Assembly (NCBI GenBank): GCA_038214755.1
Contig: JBBQRQ010000019.1
Span: 1-59,933 of the forward strand
Length of the DNA stretch: 59,933 nt
From: Verrucomicrobiota bacterium
GTDB taxonomy: Bacteria > Verrucomicrobiota > Verrucomicrobiia > Limisphaerales > CANJXF01
Reading direction: 5' to 3'
Shown here: positions 18,753-28,190 of the stretch, piece after piece
How positions within the stretch are numbered: the stretch's first letter is position 1
Layout: each line of letters opens with the position of its first letter
Program-made: the position numbers and the translations under genes
Notes under the pieces: model-generated
Seen by the model: only the letters and a program-made list of their open reading frames with translations
What the model was told of the DNA's origin: nothing
Database searches by the model: none

Positions 18753-21700
18753 TTACTGCCTTAGTCGGAAGAACCGTATTCCATTCGTAGGATTTATCGT
18801 GACACGATTTTCTCCGTTCACGATTGACACCGGGTAGTTCGTTGCGCGCGACCAAACAATTGGAGGAGATAGGTTCGTCGTTGTTTCCAGAACGTATCCC
18901 GGCGCGTTGGTTCCCCAAGTGAGTGCGAGCAGGTTGCCTTCAAATCGCAGGGCAAGTGAGGGTTGCTCCACCACCGTTTTTACGGAGGCGCTATTGTTAG
19001 ACTTGAATGGGTCTTCCAACCCGGAGGTGACGGTGGCGAAATTGGTAATCGTTCCCGCTATCGTTGGCCGAACGGTGATGCTGATAGTTGCAGCGGCTGG
19101 AGTCGGGGCGAGGGTGCCGAGATTGAAGATATAATTATTTTCAACCACACCGATCGTTCCCTGACTGCTGGTAGCCGAGAGCGGAACCGCTCCTGCAGGC
19201 AAAGTGTTTGTCACTGTGACTCCCGTTGCCGTGACTGGCCCAAGGTTACTCACCACAATGCTGTAAGTAAGCGTCCCATTGATTAAAACGGGGTTGGGCG
19301 AACCGGACAATGAGATAGCAAGGTCGGCGCGTGGCACATCTACGGTAGTGACCTCGGTCGCAACGTTATTGAGCAAGTTGGGATCAACTTCATTGGCAAA
19401 CACCGAAACCGTATTGGTGATTACTCCAAGCATCGTCGGAGTAACCCGCACGGTGAAGCTCACGGTGCCATCTTTAGCTAACGCCCCCAGATTTCCAATC
19501 AATGTGTTGTTGACATTGGTAAGGCAATTGCAACTGGCAGAAACAAAGGTCACTCCAGCGGGCAGGACGTTTGTGACCACCACACCCGTCACAGGAGAAG
19601 GGCCGCTGTTGACGATCGTCACGGTATAAATCAAAGCGTTATTCGTCGCAGCCGGGTCGGGCGAGTCGGTTATAGTCACTGACATATCCGCGATGGGCGA
19701 AAGACCGCTGGAAGAGTTGAGCGAGAGACTCCAACCGTTGGCAATGTTGCCATTTTGGAAAAAGGTGTCGTCCACGACGAACAAGGACCAGGCGCCATTC
19801 GGATTAATGCCATTGAAAGCGGACAAAGTTGAAGCATAGGGTCCGGTCGGCGCGGGAACCGGGAATGAGTCCGCGGGCGTGCTGACGTAATCGGTGGGTT
19901 TGTAGGAGCCGGAAGCAATCAAACCGGAATCCGGCAGGAGGCCCGCCGCGGCATCGTCAAAAGTAATGGTAACACTGTTGAATCCGCTGCCACCACCCGC
20001 GTCCGACATCAACATCACTTTTTCACCCGTCGGACTGACCAGGAGCAAATCAATGTCATCCGGGAATGCGTGACTTACGTTGGAGAGAGTCACCGACAGT
20101 TGACTTACTGTCCCGGCTACCCCCGTTACGTTAAGGGTCGAAGGATAAGGCGAACCGGGAGTTGGAGGATTGGAACTATCGCTAATGAGGATGGAAGCAG
20201 AGTTGGTGAACCCTAACGTTGTTCGGCCAAGCGCATAGGTGAAGGTGGCAGTGCCTAGATCAAAAGCGCCATCGCGCAGTTGGAAGGTGGCGGTGATGCG
20301 CTGACCATTTGTTCCCGAAGCAGTAAAGCTGAAGAGCCGTGACACCGAGTTGCCATTGATGCGCAACACACCGTAGCTTTGCGGGCCGCTTGGAGAAGTT
20401 ACACCGCCCCCGGGTAACAACGTGGCGACCAGGTTCGTTGTATCAGTGCCAACGGTGTTCCTGAACGCAAAATATAAGGACACCGTTTCACCCGGATCAA
20501 TCACACCGTTGGTTGGAGTTATACTTTCCGAAACCAGGGCTGAACCGGCGGCGACGATCAGGCTGCCGTCATTATCCACAATGGTCAGCACGGCAGCGCC
20601 GGGGCTAACCACCGTCGCCTGGCCGGAAGGAGAGAACAGAGATAGCAAAACTGTTTCGTCACCTTCAATTAACGTATCGTCAATGATGGAGACCGTAAAA
20701 GTCTTGGCCGTCTCTCCATTGGTGAAGGTCAACACTCCCGAAGTGCTCACGTAATCCTGGGTATCTCTGGCCGTGCCGTCACTGGCCGAATAATTTACCG
20801 ATACGGTCGTATTGGTCACGGTGGTTCGCAGGACGGTTATAGTCGCGGTCACGCCGCTTTCACTGATGCGATAGGTTGGGCTGGAAAATTTAAGTCCAGC
20901 ATCGTTGTCGATAATGGTCACCGTCGCCACGCCTGGACTTCCCAGCACCACGCCCGTGCTCGGATTGGTCAAGCGAACGGTAAAAGTTTCCTCACCTTCG
21001 GGCAGGGTATCGTCCGTGATTGGGATTAAAATAGTCTTGGCTGTTTCGCCGTCCAGAAAGACGAGGGAGAAGTTGGTCCCGATATAATCCGCGCCCGCGA
21101 TGGCGGTAGCATTGCTCGTGGCAAAATTCACCGTCAATGTGCCCGAGGAAGAGTTGGTTCGCACCACCACAATGGCCACATTGGTTGCGCCTTCATCGAC
21201 GGCGTAGTTGTTCGTTGAAAAGCTGAGGCTGGAGTCATTATCGGTAATGGTGACAACGGCGTTGCTGGGGTTGTTCAATTGGGTTGCGCCGGTGGGATTG
21301 AAAAGCGAGACGTTGAAAAATTCGTCCCCTTCCACCAGGGTATCTTCAAGGATGGTCACGGTGAACGTCTTGAAAATTTCTCCAATCGCGAAGACCAAAG
21401 TGTTGGTCGTGGGAGTGTAATCGGCACCCGCACTGGCGGAACCGTTACTGGTTCTATACGAGACAGCGGAGATCACATTGCTGCCATTGTTACGACGCAC
21501 CCCAATGGTGACGCCTCCATCCCCTTCGTTGACCAGATAGGCCGGAGTGGAAAAAGTAAAGGAAGCGTCGTTATCCAATATCGTCAGTTCTACTACGTTG
21601 GTTCCCACAACCGATGTGCCGGACGGGTTGGACAAAGTAAGCAGCAACGTCTCATCGCCCTCCGCAATGGTGTCGTCGAAAATTCTAACCGAGAAAGACT

Positions 21701-24700
21701 TGCTGCTCTCTCCGGGACCAAACGAGAGCGTGCCATTGGTGGGAGCGTAGTCCAGACCGGCCGTCGCCGTACCGCCGCCAGCCGAGAAGTTCACGGTAAC
21801 AAATCCGAGAGTGCCATTGGTGCGCAGGACGGTAATGGTCGCTACTCCTCCTGTTTCACTCACGCTATAAGCAGGCTGCGAAAACTGGAGGGCGCCTTGA
21901 CCGAAGTCATCATCCACTATGGTCAAGGTCGCGCTGGTGGGTTCGATCAGGATAGCTCCAATCACATTGCTCAAGATCATTGATACCGTTTCATCACCTT
22001 CAATCAACTGATCGTCCACGATGGGAATGGAGACCAGTTTGTTCGTTTCACCGGGCCGGAAGACAATCGTATTCGTCACGATGATAAAGTCATTAGTTGG
22101 CGTCGCTGTTCCATTGGTGGTGGTAACTATATCCACGGAACTGGTCACGATGGAGCTGCCCATGCGAATGAGGGAGATCAATGCATTTCCGTTAAGCGGA
22201 GTTTCAGAAAAACGGTAGGTCGATGACGCGAAACTGATCGCGCTATCGTCATTCTTGATGGTCAATAGGGCTGTTATTTGATTACCCAGATTATCGGCCG
22301 AAGTGTTCGATAAAGTCAGACGCAACGTCTTGTCCAGTTCGATCAAGTCGTTGTCAATGATCGGCACGGTGAAGGTCTGAAAGGTTTCGCCCAGAACAAA
22401 AGTAAGGTTGGTGGAGACCGCGACATAATCCACCCCGGCCACCGCCGTCCCATTACTGGTCGAAACCAGAACGGTGACAGTGCCGAGGGTTCCTCCTCGG
22501 CGGCGAACCGTAATAATCCCCTCGACGGCGTTTTCATTTACCTGGTAGTTCGCGGAACTGAACTCTATTCGGCCTGTTCCAAAAACCGAACGGCCATAGA
22601 GTCGCGCCACGTGCCGCCGAAACGTTCCGTCAAATTCGGTAAAGCCACCTCCCAAAATAATTTCGCCTTGTCTTTGGAGAGCGAGGGCTGCGACAAAACT
22701 ATTTGCGCCTGTGCCGAAGTTGATGCTGGGATCAATGGTTCCGTCCGAGTTCAGCCGGTTGATACGATTGCGATTGACCCCATTGGCGCGAGTGAATTCG
22801 CCGCCCACGACAATCTTTCCATCCGTCTGAAGGGCGATGGCGTAAACAGAATCATTGGCGCCCTCTCCGGTAATGAAGCTGCTATCGACAACTCCGCTGG
22901 GTTGCAGGCGGGCGATATGACTGGACGCCGCACCGTTGACGCTTTCAAACAATCCGCCGATGACAATCTTACCATCGGTTTGAATGGCCAGCGCGCGCAC
23001 CGATGCATCCGGGCCACTGCCTGGATCAAAGGTGGTGTCGAGCGATCCATCGACGTTCAAGCGCGCGATATGCGGGCGGGAGATACCATTGAACGAAGTA
23101 AAGTCTCCACCAATAATTACTTTGCCATCCGTTTGAACGGTTAGAGTATAAATCGTAGCGTTGCTTCCGCTCGCGCCCGTTCCGGGATTGAATCCCTCAT
23201 CAACACTGCCATCATTTAATAAGCGCACGATTCCATTTCGGGGCGTGCCGTTGAACGCGGTGAAATTGCCGGCGACCAATATCCGGCGATTAGTCGAGGT
23301 GACGCCGTCTCCCATAAAGGTTTCACCCATCGCATAGATCAAATTGTCCGAAGCCGAGCCTGGATCAAAGGTGCTGTCGGAATTTCCGTCCACGTTAAGC
23401 CGGGCGATATGGTTGCGAGCTACGCCACTGACGGAGGTAAACAATCCTCCAATTAAAATACGACCGTCGCTTTGCGGAACGATTGCGCGCACAGACCCAT
23501 TGGCGCCGGCATTGGTTGAAATGGAAGAAAAGTTTATATCCGTCCTGCCATCGGGATGGAGACGGGCGATTCGGTTTCGTGGCAGGCCATTGGCCGCAGT
23601 GAAGTCGCCACCAACCAGGAGCTTGCCATCGGGTTGCAGAGCCAGGGCATAAACAAAGTCATTCAGTCCTTCCGATGGGGTGAAGGTCGTATCCACTGAA
23701 CCGGGAGGTTGGTTGAAGGTCTCATCATCGAAGATGGTCAACATCGCCGTAGCCTGGCTGAGTTCCGCGCCGGAGGGAGACGGGGCGCCCAGGCCAAGCT
23801 GTAGGATCAAATTCGTATTTGCGACCAGGTTGTCATTAATCGGAATCTGCACCGCCTTGGCGCGTTCGCCGGGAGCAAAGGAAAGGAGAGTGCTGGTCAC
23901 AGTCCCGCCATTGGTCACGAGCAAGGCAAGGGAGACCGTCCCCGCGATTCCATTCGTTCGAACAATAATGACAGTGGTGCTTCCGCTATTCTCATTCGCG
24001 AAATAGGCGGCGGAGTTAAATCCGAAACTACCGTAACGATCATCGTCCTTGATAATCAAAGTGGCATTGGTCTGACCGCCCAGCACTGCCGTTGTCGGAA
24101 CTCCATTGACGGTAGGATTTCTCAACTGGAGTAAAACAGTTTCAGCATCTTCGACTTGTCCATTATCCAAAATCGGAATTGAGAACGTTTTGACCGAGGT
24201 CTCGCCGCTATCCCAGGTTAAAATGTTCGTGACACTGACATAGTCCTGGCCGGGAGTTGCTGTCCCGCCGGGGACGGTGGAATACTCGATAGAAACACTG
24301 CCAAGCGAGCCGCCGGTTCTGGATACGCCGATGACGGCTTGCGGCGTGCCTTCGACAACCACATAGGTCGCGTTGGTAAAGTTCAAGTGCCCGTTGGGAT
24401 AATCATCATCGATGATCTTCACGGTGACATTCGTGAGCGTCCCGAGTTTCGCTCCGAGAGTAGGATTGAAGATTTGGACGAAAAAGGTTTTATCCGGTTC
24501 CACGATGGAGTCGTTGATGATGGGAATTAAAATGATTTTGTTCGTTACTCCATCCGCAAAATTCAATGTCCCACTTCGAGGTGTGTAATCCTGGTTCCTG
24601 ATCGCGTTGAGATTAGGATCACTGTTGGTTCCGTCGGCGGTGGAATATTGGACGGAGACCGCGCCCATGTTTCCTCCGTTGCGCGTAACGACAACCTGGG

Positions 24701-27700
24701 CATTGGTGCCATTTTCATTGACCACGACTTCAGCAGCGGTGAAATTCAACTCTCCGGCTTTTCGCGCCGCGTCAACCAGGGTAAGAGTGGCTGAGCTTCG
24801 GCCTAACGCGGTGCCCAACGGAATAAACTCTCCGCCCAATGACCATTCCAAGTTTGGATCGGTATGGCTGGGAAAAGGCAAATCGAAATAGAAGAAAGGT
24901 CCGCCTCCTCCCAGATTGAAGCCGCTATCATCATTGATGCGAGCGCCCTTTGGCCGGCTAAGCTCCAGCTTCACGCTCTTACTACCGTCGAGAGAACCTG
25001 GCGTGATATCAATAAAGATAAAAGCTTCTCCCGGATCTGGAAATGGCTGGTTATCATGGTAGGTATCGGGAAACGGGAGGGTAGAGCTGTTCAACCCATA
25101 GAAGCCGTCGCTCTGCATTCGAGTGTTGGCCAGAGAATTGGTTCGGTTCCAACTCGAACCCCAGCGAGGAGTCCCATACTGTGGGGACAAGGTAAAATCT
25201 TCGCTGCCCGCCGCACCAGCGCCGGTCGGATAGGTGCGGATGTCGAAGTTGGCCATCACCGCACCCAGATAATTCGTGATGCTGGAATAATTGGTCCGAG
25301 CCAGCGTCACAAAGAACCGGCTAACGCCCTGATCGACCGCATAGGTGTCAGAAATGAATTCGATGTTACCAGGCCCGGGAGTTATCCCTCCGATCAAGCG
25401 AGCGATGTTATTCCGGTTGCGATAAGTGGCGCGAGTATCCTCATCCAAAAAGTTGGAGTCAGCGTATTGTTCCGGGCGCACGTCCCGGCTCCCTCGTCCA
25501 CCACCTACTTTGGAAAAGCCGCCGCCGATGATGACATTCCCATTGGTTTCCGTCGCCAACGAGAAGACATAGTTCCGGGAATTGACGTTAAGGTTATCAA
25601 AGGAGTTAACCAAGCCGGCAAACTGATTGTAGGCCGTGTCGAGGAAGCTGGTATCCACCGGTCCAAAAGGAAACAAGCGAGCTACCCCAACCCGGCGAGT
25701 GGTGTTAATGGAGGTGAAGAGTCCGCCCACCAAAATCTTGCCATCGGATTGAAGGACGATGGAGTAGATGGTGTCGTTCGCGCCGGTGCCAGCATCGAAC
25801 GTCGGATCAAGCGACCCATCAGCGTTCAAACGGACAATCGAATTCCGAAAGGTCGCATCGAACTCCGTAAAGGCGCCGCCGACAAGAATCTTGCGGTCCG
25901 GTTGCAGGACGACGCTATAGACAATACCGTTGGCCCCGATGAGGAGGCTGAAGTTCGTGCTAAGAAGTCCTGTAGCCCCAAGGCGAGCAATGGAACTTTG
26001 CGGCACTCCGCTTACGGTGGTGAACTCGCCGCCAATCAAGATGCTGTTATCCGTATCCGCTGCGATGGAGAATACGGTACTATCGGGTCCCTCCCCCGGA
26101 TCAAAAGTTTGGTCCACCGATCCATCCGGATTAAGCCGGGCTATCCTCGCCCGGTTGTTTCCATTGACGGTCGTGAAGTCTCCAGCGATTAAAATCTTAC
26201 CATCGGCTTGCAGAGCGACCGACCAGACTGTTCCGTCTGCGCCGAGGCCCACGTTGAACGAACCATCCAGCGACCCATTGGGATTCAAACGAACAATGGA
26301 GTTATGAGAAGCGCCGTTAAAAGAAGTGAACGCGCCGCCGACTAAAATCTTTCCATCCGGCGCTATTTTTAGTGCAGCAACGAATCTATTCGCCCCACTG
26401 CCTGGATCGAAAGCGGTGTCGAGCGAACCGTTGGTATTCATCCGGGCGATTCGATTCCGCAGAGCGCCATTGTAGGCAGTGAAGCTTCCGGCCAGGACCG
26501 TTTTGTTATCCGCTTGAACGGCCACCGCATAGACGCTGCCATTGACTCCCGGCCCGGCATTGCGGGCCGGCGTGGTATTGGCATCGTAGTCCGAGTTGTG
26601 ATTTGGGTCCACTGCGCCGGCGGGATAGTCGTCGTACATGATGGTCAGGATTGCTATGTCCTGAAAACCGACTTCATAGCCAGAGGCCGCCGTGGTATCA
26701 GTGGGGGGCACTATTCTAGGCGATGGAGACCCGGTATTGGAATACAACTGAACGATGATATCCTCATTAAATTCGGTCAAGGTATCTTCAGTGATGGGAA
26801 TATCAATATAGGCCCAGGGAGGTGAGCTTGGAATAGTTAAACTCTGCACCGAAGGCTCGATGACGGTCCAGTCTCCATTTGGCTCGGTGCTGGGTGTGGC
26901 GTAGTCAGAGCCAGCCGAAAGAGGGAAAGCGTTGTAGCTGCTGAGTGGGTCGCCAGTGCTGGCTCGGTTAACCAGATAATTCACGGTCACTGCTGCTTGC
27001 TGCTCGGTCGCAGTCCCACCTCTCCGGAGAACCTTGATCCGCGCCGTACCAACCCCTTCTGTCCGGCGGTAATGCGCTCTTTCAAATTGGATCGAGCCAG
27101 CCCGATCAATAAGGCCAGACATGTCTGGCGGAGGGCGAGGCCCATGAGGAAAAGGATTCGCATCCGGAATCGTAACAAGCGCCACACCATGCAAAGGACT
27201 GATCACAGGCGGCGCAAGGTCGGTGGATTCGGCGAGGTCAAGCACTGCGTCGGTTAAAGCAACATTGAAAACTCTAAAGAACGTGCCTCCCGTTCCAAAA
27301 AAGTCGGGGATGGTGGGCACAATAAAACTTGCGCTCATCTGATAGTCTTCAAAAACCAACGTGCCGAAAGTAGGAACGAAATCAATGTCCTCCAGTGCCG
27401 GCTCGGGACCCATAGGATCTGGAGCTATCTCTTGCGTCTCGTAGTCAACTCGTACTTTGCCGCTGGAACCGTTTTTCCGGGTGACTGTGATTAAGATTCC
27501 AGCCGCATCGCGATTGAACCGGAGATTGCCATTTTGATCGCTGTAATCCAGTTGGCCTTCACTCGGCGTGCCATAGTAGTTAGTGGAAGTGAACTCAAAC
27601 TCACCCGACGCGCGGTCACCTCCCCGTTTCCAGTTCAGCGTGTAACTGCCCGCCTCTCCATTGAAGCCATCAAGAGCGATGTAGTAGTTGGTCCCTGCTC

Positions 27701-28157
27701 CTACAAAAAAAGTGACGCTGCTGGCGCCCGCCAGGTTCTGCCGGCCAAAGAGCGCCGGATCAAAATCGTCATTGGAAGCAATAGGAGAACCCAGTTGATC
27801 AATGCTATCCACTCCTGTTCCATCATAAACATCCAATAAAGTGTCGAACTCACTTCCGATAGTATCAAAAGTAACCCAGGCATCCAGGGCGGGCGTCCAC
27901 TGAAACCAGACGGAGGTATTCCCGAATCGACCGGCATGATCAAGTTCGCCACCTTCTCGAGTCGCGCCGACATTGCTTCCGGTAATCGTTCCGATATCAA
28001 TGGAGTCGGCTCCGATCATTTGAGCATTTTCAAAATCATCATTAGCCGGTTGCGCCCAGGCAGAGGTTAGGCTCATGCCTAGCGCCGCGCTTAGTAAAAT
28101 CCCTGAACAAAGAACGCGCAGGGCGCGGCCAAAAATCTTCACGTCGAATTTAAACAT
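18753..28157 (-). CDS. Giant secreted Calx-beta / delta-60 (DUF5122) beta-propeller protein with PPC-like N-terminus, P-domain and 2 DUF11 repeats (3134 aa)
   Basis: Signal peptide AWA-QPANDDF; SVWFQWT..FDTLLDVY; about 12 F....Y.V.E..V.R..DY..L.F..GE..K..I.DD repeats; two blocks of Q.DGKILVGG.FT..IARLN.DGSLD..F blades; tail YVLETTTNL..W..FFRL. Confidence 0.9.
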   Translation of the reverse strand: MFKFDVKIFGRALRVLCSGILLSAALGMSLTSAWAQPANDDFENAQMIGADSIDIGTITGSNVGATREGGELDHAGRFGNTSVWFQWTPALDAWVTFDTIGSEFDTLLDVYDGTGVDSIDQLGSPIASNDDFDPALFGRQNLAGASSVTFFVGAGTNYYIALDGFNGEAGSYTLNWKRGGDRASGEFEFTSTNYYGTPSEGQLDYSDQNGNLRFNRDAAGILITVTRKNGSSGKVRVDYETQEIAPDPMGPEPALEDIDFVPTFGTLVFEDYQMSASFIVPTIPDFFGTGGTFFRVFNVALTDAVLDLAESTDLAPPVISPLHGVALVTIPDANPFPHGPRPPPDMSGLIDRAGSIQFERAHYRRTEGVGTARIKVLRRGGTATEQQAAVTVNYLVNRASTGDPLSSYNAFPLSAGSDYATPSTEPNGDWTVIEPSVQSLTIPSSPPWAYIDIPITEDTLTEFNEDIIVQLYSNTGSPSPRIVPPTDTTAASGYEVGFQDIAILTIMYDDYPAGAVDPNHNSDYDANTTPARNAGPGVNGSVYAVAVQADNKTVLAGSFTAYNGALRNRIARMNTNGSLDTAFDPGSGANRFVAALKIAPDGKILVGGAFTSFNGASHNSIVRLNPNGSLDGSFNVGLGADGTVWSVALQADGKILIAGDFTTVNGNNRARIARLNPDGSVDQTFDPGEGPDSTVFSIAADTDNSILIGGEFTTVSGVPQSSIARLGATGLLSTNFSLLIGANGIVYSVVLQPDRKILVGGAFTEFDATFRNSIVRLNADGSLDPTFDAGTGANDTIYSIVLQSDGKILVGGLFTSINTTRRVGVARLFPFGPVDTSFLDTAYNQFAGLVNSFDNLNVNSRNYVFSLATETNGNVIIGGGFSKVGGGRGSRDVRPEQYADSNFLDEDTRATYRNRNNIARLIGGITPGPGNIEFISDTYAVDQGVSRFFVTLARTNYSSITNYLGAVMANFDIRTYPTGAGAAGSEDFTLSPQYGTPRWGSSWNRTNSLANTRMQSDGFYGLNSSTLPFPDTYHDNQPFPDPGEAFIFIDITPGSLDGSKSVKLELSRPKGARINDDSGFNLGGGGPFFYFDLPFPSHTDPNLEWSLGGEFIPLGTALGRSSATLTLVDAARKAGELNFTAAEVVVNENGTNAQVVVTRNGGNMGAVSVQYSTADGTNSDPNLNAIRNQDYTPRSGTLNFADGVTNKIILIPIINDSIVEPDKTFFVQIFNPTLGAKLGTLTNVTVKIIDDDYPNGHLNFTNATYVVVEGTPQAVIGVSRTGGSLGSVSIEYSTVPGGTATPGQDYVSVTNILTWDSGETSVKTFSIPILDNGQVEDAETVLLQLRNPTVNGVPTTAVLGGQTNATLIIKDDDRYGSFGFNSAAYFANENSGSTTVIIVRTNGIAGTVSLALLVTNGGTVTSTLLSFAPGERAKAVQIPINDNLVANTNLILQLGLGAPSPSGAELSQATAMLTIFDDETFNQPPGSVDTTFTPSEGLNDFVYALALQPDGKLLVGGDFTAANGLPRNRIARLHPDGRTDINFSSISTNAGANGSVRAIVPQSDGRILIGGLFTSVSGVARNHIARLNVDGNSDSTFDPGSASDNLIYAMGETFMGDGVTSTNRRILVAGNFTAFNGTPRNGIVRLLNDGSVDEGFNPGTGASGSNATIYTLTVQTDGKVIIGGDFTSFNGISRPHIARLNVDGSLDTTFDPGSGPDASVRALAIQTDGKIVIGGLFESVNGAASSHIARLQPSGVVDSSFITGEGANDSVYAIALQTDGKIVVGGEFTRANGVNRNRINRLNSDGTIDPSINFGTGANSFVAALALQRQGEIILGGGFTEFDGTFRRHVARLYGRSVFGTGRIEFSSANYQVNENAVEGIITVRRRGGTLGTVTVLVSTSNGTAVAGVDYVAVSTNLTFVLGETFQTFTVPIIDNDLIELDKTLRLTLSNTSADNLGNQITALLTIKNDDSAISFASSTYRFSETPLNGNALISLIRMGSSIVTSSVDIVTTTNGTATPTNDFIIVTNTIVFRPGETNKLVSIPIVDDQLIEGDETVSMILSNVIGAILIEPTSATLTIVDDDFGQGALQFSQPAYSVSETGGVATITVLRTNGTLGFVTVNFSAGGGTATAGLDYAPTNGTLSFGPGESSKSFSVRIFDDTIAEGDETLLLTLSNPSGTSVVGTNVVELTILDNDASFTFSTPAYLVNEGDGGVTIGVRRNNGSNVISAVSYRTSNGSASAGADYTPTTNTLVFAIGEIFKTFTVTILEDTLVEGDEFFNVSLFNPTGATQLNNPSNAVVTITDNDSSLSFSTNNYAVDEGATNVAIVVVRTNSSSGTLTVNFATSNATAIAGADYIGTNFSLVFLDGETAKTILIPITDDTLPEGEETFTVRLTNPSTGVVLGSPGVATVTIIDNDAGLKFSSPTYRISESGVTATITVLRTTVTNTTVSVNYSASDGTARDTQDYVSTSGVLTFTNGETAKTFTVSIIDDTLIEGDETVLLSLFSPSGQATVVSPGAAVLTIVDNDGSLIVAAGSALVSESITPTNGVIDPGETVSLYFAFRNTVGTDTTNLVATLLPGGGVTSPSGPQSYGVLRINGNSVSRLFSFTASGTNGQRITATFQLRDGAFDLGTATFTYALGRTTLGFTNSASILISDSSNPPTPGSPYPSTLNVTGVAGTVSQLSVTLSNVSHAFPDDIDLLLVSPTGEKVMLMSDAGGGSGFNSVTITFDDAAAGLLPDSGLIASGSYKPTDYVSTPADSFPVPAPTGPYASTLSAFNGINPNGAWSLFVVDDTFFQNGNIANGWSLSLNSSSGLSPIADMSVTITDSPDPAATNNALIYTVTIVNSGPSPVTGVVVTNVLPAGVTFVSASCNCLTNVNNTLIGNLGALAKDGTVSFTVRVTPTMLGVITNTVSVFANEVDPNLLNNVATEVTTVDVPRADLAISLSGSPNPVLINGTLTYSIVVSNLGPVTATGVTVTNTLPAGAVPLSATSSQGTIGVVENNYIFNLGTLAPTPAAATISITVRPTIAGTITNFATVTSGLEDPFKSNNSASVKTVVEQPSLALRFEGNLLALTWGTNAPGYVLETTTNLSPPIVWSRATNYPVSIVNGENRVTINPTNGIRFFRLRQ

Positions 28158-28190
28158 AGGTTTTCGGGAATTTCAGGCGGGCCCGGCCAC

